Below are positions 26,576-37,631 of a DNA stretch of 64,000 nt, one piece after another (within the stretch, counting starts at the first letter, position 1; the number at the start of each line of letters is the position of its first letter). Both the position numbers and the translations under genes were made by a program. The DNA is taken from the IMG/VR virus record IMGVR_UViG_3300009678_000061, positions 5,364 to 69,363 of that record, one strand, 5' to 3'. The stretch is from a virus. Taxonomy: Duplodnaviria > Caudoviricetes. Below the pieces are notes generated by a model. The model had not been told where the DNA came from. It searched no databases and was given only the letters and a program-made list of their open reading frames with translations.

Positions 26576-28581
26576 CGCTTTTCCCCCATCGCTTTCTTCA
26601 CGGCGGCCACGGCCTGCTCGCGGGTGTCGTACACGGTTGCTGGCGTGCCGACTCGCTCGGCTGTTATCACGAATCCATCTCGACCGCCCGGCGGCGTGTC
26701 GGGTCCGAAGCCGACGTAAGGCTCAATCAGCAACCCCAACAGCCCGTCGATCTCGCGTTGCATGGCTTCAAGGGCGTCCAGGCATTCGTCCAAGAGAGGC
26801 GATCTCTGCGGCACGAAGTTTCCACGTCGTAACTCCGCGATGCGTTCTGGCGTCATGACTTGGCCTCCAAGAGCTTGCGGCGTTGCAATTCCGCTTCGGT
26901 GTACTCTCCACGCTTGTTAGTATCGCAAGGCATAGCACGCAACGCCGCCTCTAACTGCACGATCCGCTCCTGCTGCCGGCGTGCCTCTGCATGCAAAACC
27001 CATCCTTCGGAGTCGGTGGAGAGGGCGTGCTTGATAGCCTCTGCCAGATCCGCAGTCATTGACGATGTGCATTCGGCGGGGTTGCGGACTCTGGCAAGCA
27101 GGCGGCGAAGTTCACCGCACGCGGCCTCGCTGGCAGCAAGTTTCTTTTCGTAATTGCCAATCTCATCCACCAGTTGGTTTACTTCGGCGCTTGCTCGCTC
27201 CCGCTCCGCAGTCACGGCCACGAGTTGCTGACGGAATTCGTCACGCTCAGTGGCAATGGCCGCAATCTTCTGTACGGAGATTCGATTAAGGTACTGGACC
27301 TGCTGTTCAAGCTCGGTGATACGTTTCAGTCCGTGAGCGACGTGCCCCAGGTCAGTGGCGTTTACCTGCTGCTCAAGCTCGCGGCAGCGGGCTTCGGCGG
27401 CTTCGGCTTTCTGCTTTTGCTCAAGCCAAATGAAGTAGCCTGCGCCAGCCTGATACGCCTCTCGCCAAGAGGAGAATGGCCCAGTGCTCATGCCACCGTC
27501 GATTGGCTCCCACATCCAGTAGCCGTCGCGGTGCTGCGTGACAACCACTCGCTCCTCGATGTCGTCGGTGAACGGCGTGTTGCATTTTGCTAGCCGCTCG
27601 GAATCGCGTCTCAGCTTCTCATTTTCAGCTATCAACTGAGCCAGCGTCAGGCAGCCATCCAGCACGCCAGCCCCCGCCGCGATCTGCTCGTGGAACCGCT
27701 GGCAGGACGGCAAGAATTCCTCGACGGGCGGAATCTGCACCGCTCCCGACGTGTACGCTTTGATTTCCTCCGGCGTCAGTCGGCACAGGTCGTCGCCGGC
27801 AGCACTGAGGAGACGCAGACGGAGTTGCGCGATCTCCGCGTCGCGTTCGGCAAGCTGCTTCTGGACTTTTCCAAGTTCCAGTTCCGCGATCGTGCGATTC
27901 ACGTTGCAGGCTATCAGTGCATCAGCAATCCGCCGCTCTGGTCCCGCAGTGAATGCTAACTCTGGCGGCTTATACTTGTCGCTGTGCAGCCAGTCGATGA
28001 TGCGCTGCGGGTCCGCACGTTCCGACAACTCTTGCGTGAGCCGGGCATGGTCGCGGAGTGCTCGCCAGACTCGCTGCCATGTCTCGCTGGGAACCTCACG
28101 TAGCGGAATCTCAGACAAGCTATCAATCTCGTCGTTCGTCAGCGGCGGGACGTGTTCGGTGGTCATGTAGTGCTCGCTTTCACAAGTTCGTGTCCGACGT
28201 GCCCACTTGGAAAAATAAATTCCTTGCCCCTGACAAGCATCTCTCCGCCCATCACGTCGCACTGGCACATGAAGTCGGATGATGCTCCGATCCGGCGAAC
28301 TTCGCCCATACAGGCCAAGGCAACAAAGTGCGACCAGCGATTCTCCCACAGCAGCAGAAGCTCTTTCATCACGCACCCCTTTCCGGCCACGTCGGCTCGA
28401 CGGCCCGCTGGAACTGCCAGCCGGCGAGGTCTACATAGCAATCGCTGCCACTGCACAACAGCAATCCGTCGCGGGTTGTTGAAATGAAGTCACCAGCAAG
28501 CACTTCGCCGTCCGGGGCTAGCGCCCAATAGAACACGCCGCATTCCACCGGCTTTCCGTCGATGTCGAGAGGTGGGGTCAT
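26572..28581 (-). other. Early-region hypotheticals (26572-26856; 26853-28166 coiled-coil mosaic; 28163-28369; 28369-28581)
   Basis: Chain of translationally coupled ORFs. Confidence 0.55.
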
Positions 28582-29033
28582 GTTCGCAACTCCGATTGAA
28601 CTAAACTCAAAAGCCAACAGGCATCCGCCTGGTTGTCGTCGATGAATTCTATATCCGGCCAACGGCGCTTCGCCGCCTCAACCATCTCGCTCTTGTCGCC
28701 GCGCCCAGTCCCCAGGGCATGTTTCTTGATCGTCGCCGTGTGCCGATTGGTCAACTGGATTCCACGCTCTGCGGCAACTTGTTCGACGCACGAAATCAGG
28801 CTGTGCGCTACGTGCGTTGCCGCGCCGCCGCGATGGTGGGCTTGCTCATATGCGATTACATCGGCCGGCGCGCTGTCCAGGATGCGACACAACCACGCTT
28901 TGAATTCCAGCCATCGCATGCCAGGGGAGTCGCCGCGCCGGGGCGAGAAGTCTTGTACGCCGGACGCACCGCTGCTGTGTGCCCACCCGGTCCGCGTCGC
29001 TAAATCGAGCGCTAGCAGATTGATGCTTTTCAC
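28578..29033 (-). CDS. ruvC: RuvC-like Holliday junction resolvase
   Basis: LLALDLATRTGWA, IAYE, IKK.ALG.GRGDK, DDNQADA. Confidence 0.85.
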   Translation of the reverse strand: MKSINLLALDLATRTGWAHSSGASGVQDFSPRRGDSPGMRWLEFKAWLCRILDSAPADVIAYEQAHHRGGAATHVAHSLISCVEQVAAERGIQLTNRHTATIKKHALGTGRGDKSEMVEAAKRRWPDIEFIDDNQADACWLLSLVQSELRT

Positions 29034-29097
29034 TTCCGTGCCTCCAATGCGTGCCACACTTCCACGGCGATGCCCACGGCGATGAAGATGATGACGG

Positions 29098-29340
29098 TCA
29101 CTTGCCCTCCTTGTACAGCTTGTAACACTTTTCGTTTTGGAAGTGAAACGAGTCGTTAATGCCTAGGCACTCAACGACCCATTCCGGCGTTGCGCGCTCG
29201 GAGTCGTCGGCAGGATGTTCGGCAAGCCAGACTTTCGCCAACTCCGAAACGGCTCTGGCAACCCACGGCGGTCGGTCGATAGCGCCCATGCCGTCATTTA
29301 GTAGTCGTTCCGCCGCGGCACGTAGTTCGTTGGTGGTCAT
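29098..29340 (-). CDS. Hypothetical protein
   Basis: Coupled ORF. Confidence 0.5.
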   Translation of the reverse strand: MTTNELRAAAERLLNDGMGAIDRPPWVARAVSELAKVWLAEHPADDSERATPEWVVECLGINDSFHFQNEKCYKLYKEGK

Positions 29341-29684
29341 TTCAAAACCTCGGATTCCAATTCTTCCAGATGATGTTCCATGACTCGCCGTACAAGTTCC
29401 AGTCCGTCGTTTCCCTGCTCAACTCCCGACACTGCTGATGCCTTCAACCCGGTCTGCTCTGAGAACTTCCGCAGTCCAACTCTTACGGCAATGCGTCGCT
29501 TTCGTAGTTCGTTGCCATCTGCAATCCGCTCGGCATGCTCGCCCGTTACGTTCCCGGTCCCGCCGCACGTATGACAGGTTATTTCGATGCACGGCTTTCG
29601 GTCGGGCTGCGGAACATGCTCTGCATAGCGCGGGAACATAGCTTGCAGCGTGCCTTGGCCTCCGCATGATGGGCAGGTAATCAT
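29337..29684 (-). CDS. DnaJ-type Zn finger fused to XRE-like HTH
   Basis: CPSCGGQG...CHTCGGTG, then LRKRRIAVRVGLRKFSEQTGLKASAVSGVEQG. Confidence 0.65.
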   Translation of the reverse strand: MITCPSCGGQGTLQAMFPRYAEHVPQPDRKPCIEITCHTCGGTGNVTGEHAERIADGNELRKRRIAVRVGLRKFSEQTGLKASAVSGVEQGNDGLELVRRVMEHHLEELESEVLK

Positions 29685-29959
29685 TGTTAAATCCCCCTGC
29701 AATCCGGGCATCGTCTCTGCCACTCTTCGTCGTCATCCTGGAAGCATCGCCAGCCGCGCGCCTTTGCCGCCTCCCAGCGTCGCCGAACGTGCCGCCGGCA
29801 ATCTCGATTTCTTCCAGGCACTCGGAGCATCCCGGCCAGCGGAGCGGTCGTGGAAGTCCAGTTGATACGCGCCGCGAGCCAACACAAGCATCGTCTGAAG
29901 CTCGCGAATGATGGTCAGCAGGATTCGCTCTTTGTCGGACATTTCGGGTGGGGCGATTC

Positions 29960-30485
29960 TCATGCGTCGTCCTCCAGGGTTATCAAGCAGCCGAACCGAC
30001 ATCCATTGCACCACTCGCCTGGAACGCCGCCGCCCTCGCATGGAATCGGCCCGTTCTTATCGAATTCGCTTTTCGCAGCCGCCGTCATTTGGTCCCACGG
30101 CTTGAATAGTTCGGGGTCCGCAAAGCACTGCGCCTCTAGTTCTGCCTTGCGGCGAATCGTGCTGAGCCGGAACTTGTTGGCCTTAGTAGTCATCGCGTAG
30201 CCTTTCCGCGTCTTTCTTCAGTGCCGATATGCTCATTTCAAGGCTGTCACGCGGCGGCTTGTCGCCGGTTCCGCCGCAATCGTGGCAGACATCTGGCCCA
30301 ACAATCTCACCGCCAGAAACGTAGGCAGGCTGGTAGCCGCCAGTTCCGTCGCACGCTTGGCACTTCTCAAGCGGCATGGCCACGTTCTTGCTGTCGCAAA
30401 GCTTCTCTCCACACAGGCTGCAACGCTGGATGATCCGGCCACAGGCTTCGATGCGCGGGCCGGCTATGTGTGTTGTGCTAGTCAT
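29960..30485 (-). other. Two Cys-rich hypothetical ORFs (29960-30193; 30183-30485)
   Basis: Coupled ORFs with CxxC motifs. Confidence 0.5.
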
Positions 30486-30750
30486 GGCTGCTCACGATCC
30501 GCCTAATGGCGTTCAGGATTGCCGCCGTCCCTGAAAATGCAACTAAAATATACACGACTTTATACACGACACAAGCTATTGTCAGGGTTGACTTTGCGCC
30601 ATTAGCTGCTAGAAACCCAATTTCGTATCACCCAGCCCAATTCCGTAACAAGGGGCTTTTCCGTAGCAAAGCCATGCGGCCATGGTGGGATGACCAGGCA
30701 AGGGAACTTGCCGATCGGATTCGGGGCAAAGTGAAGCAGGGGACTCTCTG

Positions 30751-30963
30751 GCCGGTCAGCGTCATCGCTGGCTTGTGCCGCGGCCGCTTCAAGAGCATGT
30801 ATCGCCACGCCGAACATAGCACGATCTTGCACTCCGTCGCCTTGATAATGCGGTTTAGTTGGCGGACGCAGCGGTACTGAATGCGCGTGGACTGCGCGGC
30901 CACATCAAAATCATGGCCATTCAAAACGCCGTCGATGTCGAGAAACAGAACATTATTCTTCAT
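30751..30963 (-). pseudogene. Truncated HAD phosphatase (Swiss-Army-Knife RNA-repair HAD-like)
   Basis: VLFLDIDGVLN (motif I) and KIVLCSAWR (motif II); similarity is lost after AMTLTG. Confidence 0.7.
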
Positions 30964-31839
30964 CGTCGCAATCCTCACCCTCGCTCTCGGCCAGTTCGTC
31001 CAAATCTTCCGCTAGCGCGTACAGGTCGTCCGTGATTCGGTCGCACTCGTTCTCCTCGTCGTCGCTCATGTGCCGGCGTGTTTCTTGGCTCTGTAGATCG
31101 AACGCCACGGATCGAAGCGTTCCGGCAGCAGACGTAATCTTTTGGTTTTTCATTTCGCGTACCTCTAAAGTGCCTAAATGCGCCACCGCAGTTCGTCGAT
31201 GATTTGATCCAATTCCGCAACCCGTGCCGTCCGCCGCTCAATTTCACAAGCCAAGCATGACTTCCCGGCCTGCTTGTCGTGATGGTCCGGGCAGAGATTA
31301 TTGGCGAGCGAGTTCCGACACTTCAGAGTCAGCCGCTTGTTTTCTTTTTCGACGGCTTCAAGCGATGAACGCTCCACCAGCACGTACTTATTTGGGTCAA
31401 TCGGTTTGCCGCGAACAGACTGAATTGCCTTCTTCGTATAGTCGCTCAGACCAACACATCCGGGATCGCAAATCACGCTTTGCAGCACGTCACGTAGCCG
31501 CTCAATCTCCTGCGCCTCCATGGCGTTTTCCTCGCGTTCAAGCAGCACCTTCGTTCCCGCGCGAAGGTACTCCGGTGGCGTCGTGATTGAAGTCACCTTT
31601 GGATCATTCATATCTTCCAGATGCTTCCGCCGCAGCTTCAGGTTCGCGTGCTCGGTGCGGGTCTTCGCCTCCGCGACTTCCACGAGCGTGAGCAGCTTTT
31701 GCAGGGCCGCCTCTGCGCTGTCGCCTTGCGCATGCATGCCAGGTGGGTTGCGCCCGTTCGTGACCGGTATCACGCGCGGAGTGTTGCCGCCGTGGAAATA
31801 TGCCACGTAGAGGGGCGGGCCGAGGTTGGTGGGGGTCAT
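30953..31839 (-). other. Two hypothetical ORFs (30953-31153 acidic; 31174-31839)
   Basis: Coupled ORFs. Confidence 0.5.
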
Positions 31840-32468
31840 TTGATCCTCAAGGGTTCGATCTTTCGCAGTTGCTCGATGCGCTTCGTCGCGAGCGCCAGGA
31901 GCGTTTCTTCCGTGGCTTCCGGTTTGCAACTCGTTTCCGCAATCTCATCAGCCACGGAACGCCAAGCCCGCAACAGCCGGTGCTTTCTCAGGCAGCCGGC
32001 GTAGTATCCCATGTGCGTACTGACGCATGCGCACGGCCTGAGGATTCCTTCCAGCCAGTCGATTGCGTCGCGCCCGCTCTCGAATCCGCCGGCCGATGCG
32101 ATCTTCTTCCACCAACCGGATTCCTTGAGCCAGTCCCGGAACGCCGCCGGGACGTGCGCGGGTATCGACTTCGCTTTGGCTTCGATCAGTGCCGCAAACA
32201 GCATCGCATGCTCCTCCAGGAAGAAGTCTCGCCGCGTCAACTTCCAGGCCGTGTCGATATCCTTTGACTCCCAGAACACCATCAGGTTCGCCAGTAGCTC
32301 CCGCTCCATGTCCGTGTCGCAAGGCGTCCGTTTCTCTAACAGTTTCCGATGCCGCCGCTGTTGCTCAATCGCCTGAAAGAACTTCAACCGCTTGAGCTCG
32401 ATCTTCTCCCAGGCTGCTTGCGCTTCCGGGTCGGCAAAGGTTGGCGGCGGGTGCTTCGTTGCTTCCAT
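31836..32468 (-). CDS. DnaB N-terminal-domain-like protein without helicase domain
   Basis: P.D.DMERELLA.L, LTRRDFFLEEHAMLF.AL, YYA..LRKH.LLR pattern of the DnaB N-domain. Confidence 0.65.
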   Translation of the reverse strand: MEATKHPPPTFADPEAQAAWEKIELKRLKFFQAIEQQRRHRKLLEKRTPCDTDMERELLANLMVFWESKDIDTAWKLTRRDFFLEEHAMLFAALIEAKAKSIPAHVPAAFRDWLKESGWWKKIASAGGFESGRDAIDWLEGILRPCACVSTHMGYYAGCLRKHRLLRAWRSVADEIAETSCKPEATEETLLALATKRIEQLRKIEPLRIK

Positions 32469-32761
32469 TCTCGCAGCGCAGAACTCCCGGAGGTTTCCGC
32501 GTTTCGTCCCTCACGACTCGGCCGCAATCTCTTGTTTCCTCACCGATTTTGCGCCGCTGTGTCGGCGACGCTTTCAATCCTCTTTGCTTCGCTTCCCAAC
32601 CCGCAGACTCAAGCTACCGCGGTTTGATCGGGTCACCCGTTATGCGCCGGCAAAGACTCGTTGAACCGGGAATAGGGCTGTGCTTTCGCCTTGGCCGCTC
32701 TGGCGTCCCAACCTGCCCCCATCTCGGGGCTTGTCTGGGATTCATGGCGGGCCGCGTGGCA

Positions 32762-33121
32762 TCAGCCGGCCCTCCTGTGTCGAAATAGCGTCAACCAAAC
32801 ATCTACATCTGAATTGCTAATCGCATTTGCGGCCCGATGCCGCAGCGTGTTCACGAATTCGCGGTCGTAGTTCTCTGGGTCGTGAAGGAACTTCAGCGCC
32901 AATTGCACCGACTCAGGGAGCACGTTCAGCATGCCGCAATTACAACCGGAGCAAGCTCGAAAGTAATTCCGCACATCCGCCCACCGTCCCGGCGCTTGCG
33001 CCTTACTGGCGATCTCATGCGTCTGAAGATTGAATCTCCCGGCGCAGCACCAGCACTCGCCGAACTGCTGCGACCACAGCCGGCGGGCTTCCAGGGCGGA
33101 GGATGAGGGGTACTTTTTCAA
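32762..33121 (-). CDS. Small HNH-like nuclease
   Basis: CWCC...THEI...NYFRAC..CN; TTGA overlap with the helicase stop. Confidence 0.6.
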   Translation of the reverse strand: MKKYPSSSALEARRLWSQQFGECWCCAGRFNLQTHEIASKAQAPGRWADVRNYFRACSGCNCGMLNVLPESVQLALKFLHDPENYDREFVNTLRHRAANAISNSDVDVWLTLFRHRRAG

Positions 33122-35358
33122 AAGATGTTCTTTCGCTTCTCGCGGCCCTTTGCGCAAATCTCGACATACTCTTCGTTGTTGAGGTATCCTGCCTGGCGAC
33201 TGGCTTTGACCGCGTTCACCAGCACGTCCAGAGCATCATTGGTTTCCGCCTTGCCGATATCCGACAACAGCGCTTTGGCCACTTCGCGGAACGGCTGCGG
33301 GACTGGCTTGCCTTGCTTCACCAAATCAAAAGCGTTCTTGACCTCGATAGGCGTCATGTCGCGAGCATCGACGCCCGATCGACATAGCGCCCGAAGTTGA
33401 TTAGGGGTCGGCCCGGATTTCTTCCAACACTCCCCTGGAATGCGGTTTGTGTGGGCAACCTCTTCCCGGCTCAGCCCCTCTTCTTTCAACTGGCCGATCA
33501 TTCGTCCGGCCTGGCGCTTGGTTGGTTCCCAGCCGGTGAAGTCCATCCCCAGCATGTGCAAGAACTTGATTTGCCCTTCGGTCGCCATCGACGGGTCGCG
33601 CTGTTCATAATTCGCGGTCCCTACTTCGTGCGTGGAATACTTCACATCGGCGTCAAGTTTCGCCCGCCTCTCGGCTTCCTCGATTCTCTTTTGACGCTCC
33701 GCCTCTCTCGCCAGCCTCAGCCGTTCTTTCTCTTCTGCGTCCTCTCGCTTGGCTTGCTCGATAGCCGCCTCTGGATCGTCAACTCCGCCAGTCAAGGCAA
33801 TCTGTTCTGCGCGGGCGACGATTTCATCCGGCAAGCCATCGGCATAGATTTGCACCGTTGATGCGCAGTCTGCCAGGCCAGTCACGCCCACCAGATCGAT
33901 GATCAGGCAGTTGGCCTTTTCACTCTTGGCGATCGCCGCCAATCTCTCTTCCGGGGTGTCGAGTCCATTGATGCAGTTGCGCAGCGGCCGGCTGCCGCGC
34001 CCCTTCATTTGCTCGGCCAGAGATGAGGCTGCTTTACTGACGGGCCGGAAGATCGTCACGCAAGCGATATCAGGATCGTTGTAGCCCTCGCGACATAGGC
34101 CACATACTGAAAGGAATTGGAACTTGTCGCCCTTGTGGTCGCGGTAGACAAATCGCCTGGACTGCTCCGGGATCTCCCCGTGCAGGCAATGGGCTTGTAT
34201 TCCTAATTTCGTGACGTTCTCTTTCTTGAGGAAGTCGCCGCACTCTTTGCACTTGGCCCCGTCGCCAACCAGAAGGGTTGGATACCATCGCTTGCTCGCG
34301 CATGATGGGCATTCAACCTCACTGCGGGCGTTGATGTAATCCGCGACGTTCTGCGCCATCGCCACCGACGGAGAGAATACCAGCGTCTTGCGGTCGCCAA
34401 CCATGTCGAGCATCGGCTCGCACAACTTGGCCAACTGACCCTCGATGGCGCAGGCAACCTCCCTGTCCCACTTGCTTTGATCGGTCCCGCATTCATCTTT
34501 CAATCGGCGGAAGTCCAGCGACTCGACTTGTACGAATCGCTGGAGATACGGTACGGCATAGCCGGCTTTGACCGCGCGGGTGAAAGGGTAATCGAGAGAG
34601 ATTCCAGGAAAGAGTTTGTAGCCGATGTTTACATTGTCGCGCCGCTTCGGGGTAGCGGTCACACCGGATCGTCTGGATTGCGGATTCTGCTCAAACCATT
34701 CAACGATGTGCCCGACCGACTTCATCCCCATACTGAATTTATGCGCCTCGTCGCAGGCCAGCAGCCAGTTGTCCCGCCAGTCGAATTTGTACAGCCGCGA
34801 GACCCGCTTCATCTTGTGGTCGCAGCGGTAGTCTGAATTGTGCTCCGCGATGCCGTCTGCGATTTTTTGTAAATCTCCTTCCGCTTGCAGGGCAGCAATC
34901 ACGCGCCGGGCCGCGGCCTTGGTCAGCAGCCCGATTTCATTCAACCCGAACTTGCGAAGCTCTTCCCGCTGTTCTTCCGTGGCGAGTTCGTGCGTCATCA
35001 GGCTTTGCCGACTGGCAATCACGATCTGCGGAATGAAGCCGGGCTTGATTTCCTGAGACGCCATTTCGATCTCAAGCGTGAAGTCCGACCCCAGAACGTC
35101 CTCTACTTCCTGCGCGAACTGGCGGACCAACTCTTGTTCGTAACTCAGAACCATGCACCGATAATTCGGCCCGCGTTCCAGCCAACGCTTGAACTTCAAG
35201 CAGGTCATAATCGTTTTGCCGGCCCCCGTAAAAGCTCGTGTGAGCGTCCCGATGGTCCCGGAGTCCCATAGGTCAAAGGACTTATTTACGTCCTCGACCT
35301 GATAGTCTCGCGGAACGATCCCGCTGGCGATGGCTTCCGCGCCGAAGAGTCCCATCAT
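33118..35358 (-). CDS. Superfamily II (DEAH, ResIII-like) helicase with inserted Zn ribbon
   Basis: TGAGKT, DEAH, TATP, EGYNDP, QMKGRGSR; CPSC..CKEC insert. Confidence 0.92.
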   Translation of the reverse strand: MMGLFGAEAIASGIVPRDYQVEDVNKSFDLWDSGTIGTLTRAFTGAGKTIMTCLKFKRWLERGPNYRCMVLSYEQELVRQFAQEVEDVLGSDFTLEIEMASQEIKPGFIPQIVIASRQSLMTHELATEEQREELRKFGLNEIGLLTKAAARRVIAALQAEGDLQKIADGIAEHNSDYRCDHKMKRVSRLYKFDWRDNWLLACDEAHKFSMGMKSVGHIVEWFEQNPQSRRSGVTATPKRRDNVNIGYKLFPGISLDYPFTRAVKAGYAVPYLQRFVQVESLDFRRLKDECGTDQSKWDREVACAIEGQLAKLCEPMLDMVGDRKTLVFSPSVAMAQNVADYINARSEVECPSCASKRWYPTLLVGDGAKCKECGDFLKKENVTKLGIQAHCLHGEIPEQSRRFVYRDHKGDKFQFLSVCGLCREGYNDPDIACVTIFRPVSKAASSLAEQMKGRGSRPLRNCINGLDTPEERLAAIAKSEKANCLIIDLVGVTGLADCASTVQIYADGLPDEIVARAEQIALTGGVDDPEAAIEQAKREDAEEKERLRLAREAERQKRIEEAERRAKLDADVKYSTHEVGTANYEQRDPSMATEGQIKFLHMLGMDFTGWEPTKRQAGRMIGQLKEEGLSREEVAHTNRIPGECWKKSGPTPNQLRALCRSGVDARDMTPIEVKNAFDLVKQGKPVPQPFREVAKALLSDIGKAETNDALDVLVNAVKASRQAGYLNNEEYVEICAKGREKRKNIF

Positions 35359-36338
35359 GTCTTTACCCCCGCGACCTGATCGGCCTTGTACTTGGGCAGG
35401 TAGCCGAGTTCGCTACAGTACGCGCAGGCATCGCCCTTGCTGTTGACCCCATCCTCGCAAGCCGGACAGAGAACCGAACGCGCCGAACGAAGGGTTGCGC
35501 AGCCGGCCTTGACCGATGCCAGCGATGAACCAATCCGGCCGTCCGCGCTGGTCCAGTGCGTATGGGGTACGTTGTCCTCAAAGAACTTCGTCAGAGACCG
35601 GCAGAACGACTCGATCAGCTTGTTGTCGGCCTCCATCTTCGAGACCGTGGAAGGCTCATCCTCCGGTTCGTTTTCTTCGTCCAGGTCCGCTTTGGCGATG
35701 GATTCCTTAATGGCCTTGCCGACGCTCTTAGCGGCTCCGCTTGTGATTTTTTTTGCGGCGGCCTTTCGTTTCTTTGCCGGGAGACTGGCGAGGGCTGCTA
35801 GGTCTTTAGCTGTCGCCTTCACTTCTCCAGACAAAACCGCGATCTTGATTTCCTCGCCGGCTGCTTCAGCGGCGGCGTCAACTGCTTCCGCGAACGCTGT
35901 ATTGTTGTGAACTGTCCTTTCCGAAATACCCTCTTTTTCCGCGATTTTTGCGGCAGTCGAGCATTCTGCAACGGTTGCAGAATGCTTCCCGCCGATTGGC
36001 TTTTTCGGTGCTTCGCGGTACTTCTTCCCAATCAAGTAACGCCGCTGCTCCTCCGTTACATTCCGCTTGCTCAATTGATGGTCGATGATCCAATTGTGAG
36101 CGGACTGCCGATCCTCAAATGTTATCTTCACAGGCGCGGGCATTTTCAATTCTGGATGCCGCGCCTTGATGGCATAGCGACGATGCCCGTCCAGAAGCGT
36201 GTTGTGGTGATTGGCCCAAACAACGAGCGGTTCAAAGATTGCGCCGTCGGAGAGAATCTGCGATTCAAGCTCGCCAGAATCTTCGTTTGGTACGGATGGA
36301 ATGAGGGCCGAGAATTCCGGGTCTATCTTGATCTTCAT
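35355..36338 (-). CDS. ParB-like N-terminal domain protein
   Basis: IDPEFSALIP...EPLVVW..LLDGHRRY; NQL.KRN-like motif and HTH. Confidence 0.75.
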   Translation of the reverse strand: MKIKIDPEFSALIPSVPNEDSGELESQILSDGAIFEPLVVWANHHNTLLDGHRRYAIKARHPELKMPAPVKITFEDRQSAHNWIIDHQLSKRNVTEEQRRYLIGKKYREAPKKPIGGKHSATVAECSTAAKIAEKEGISERTVHNNTAFAEAVDAAAEAAGEEIKIAVLSGEVKATAKDLAALASLPAKKRKAAAKKITSGAAKSVGKAIKESIAKADLDEENEPEDEPSTVSKMEADNKLIESFCRSLTKFFEDNVPHTHWTSADGRIGSSLASVKAGCATLRSARSVLCPACEDGVNSKGDACAYCSELGYLPKYKADQVAGVKT

Positions 36339-36418
36339 CGTCGACCACTCCCTTCGCCACGATCCCTTCGTGTCCGATCCATCGCCCCGGCTACGGCGCC
36401 AGGGCTGTCCAAAACGCC

Positions 36419-37609
36419 TCAAACCTCCCCCGAATCCACTCCCAGCGCCCCGTAGAACAAATCCGTCGAGATGTGCTCCGGTACTTTCAGGTCCAGTCGA
36501 ATTGCGCCGCGAATGACCGGGTTCACAATGCCATCCTCTGCCGCCAACTTGATCGCTTTCTTCTCCGCCGTCGCAAAGCCGCGGGCCTCGATCACGTAGC
36601 GAGCGACAATGGGAACGTCCATAATGCGACGCTCGTTAGTTCGCGAGCCGATCATTACTTCAATGCGTTTGGTGGCCACTCCATCGCTCCTATTCGATTG
36701 GCGGGGCTATTCCGCCTCCGCGCGAGTCCATGAACCGCGTGCCCACGGGCAGGTCGTATTTGGGTGGCTTGGTCATGTCCCCTCGATCCCCCTTGTCTGC
36801 AAACTTCCGTCCCGGAGCGTTTCATAGTGTCCGTCAAACTCCAATTGGATTCCGCCCGCCAAATCGGAACGGTCGCACGGATTGGCTGTTACCAGCCCGC
36901 CGACTCGGATGCACTCCACGATTGCGGCGCACAACTCCCTTTCGTCCTCCGTCTCCGGCATCAGGTAAACTAAGTAACCCAAATCGCCGCCGGTTTCGAT
37001 TCGCATGTCGTTACTCCCCGTGGATCGCTTCCGACGCCAACTCTGTCGCCTCAATCGCCTCTTTGAGCTGCGCCTCAAGTCGCTCGCGGATGTTCGCTGG
37101 GAACGCATCCGGCAGGGCTTCCAGGACGGTTTGCACGTTGCCAACCGCCATGCGGCACTCGCTTAGCGCATGCACGACGCACGCGATCCTCGCCTGTAGG
37201 CTCTTGCTCTCTGGGAACTCGTGTCGCTTTGCCATGTTCGTTCTCGCTCTCTGCCCGTCAATGGGGTGGGGGTTAAAGCCTCAACTCCGTTCCGTGTTTC
37301 AGGCTACTTGCCCTTGCCGCCTTTACCGCCCTTGGGTTTCTTCACGGCGTGCTCCTTTCTGGGCTTCGCGCCCGGCTTGTCCTTCAGCGGCTGCCCGCGG
37401 TTCATCGCATGGAATGCGGACCAGCCAAGATTGGCAAACGCCAGCACGGCCTCGGCGACTGCCTGTTGTTGCTGTTTGCTGTTCTCTCCGGGCTTGCTGA
37501 ATGCCATCCGGCAATAGGCTTCAACATGCCCACGGTGGATTGCGTGATAGGCGACTTGGCAAAACGCCGTGCCGAGTTCGTCATCGGATAGTTGCTCAGC
37601 CGTGAACAT
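36419..37609 (-). other. Small early hypotheticals (36419-36679; 36773-37006; 37011-37235; 37304-37609)
   Basis: RBS-preceded ORFs downstream of the promoter at 37641-37670. Confidence 0.5.
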
Positions 37610-37631
37610 GCGAGATTCCTTGGATTGGGGA

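Noticed and set aside
32480-32530. Hammerhead ribozyme (GAGTCGTGAGGGACGAAAC resembles stem II plus GAAAC)
   Set aside because: The required CUGANGA core reads CGGCCGA, and stem III to the candidate GUA site is mismatched
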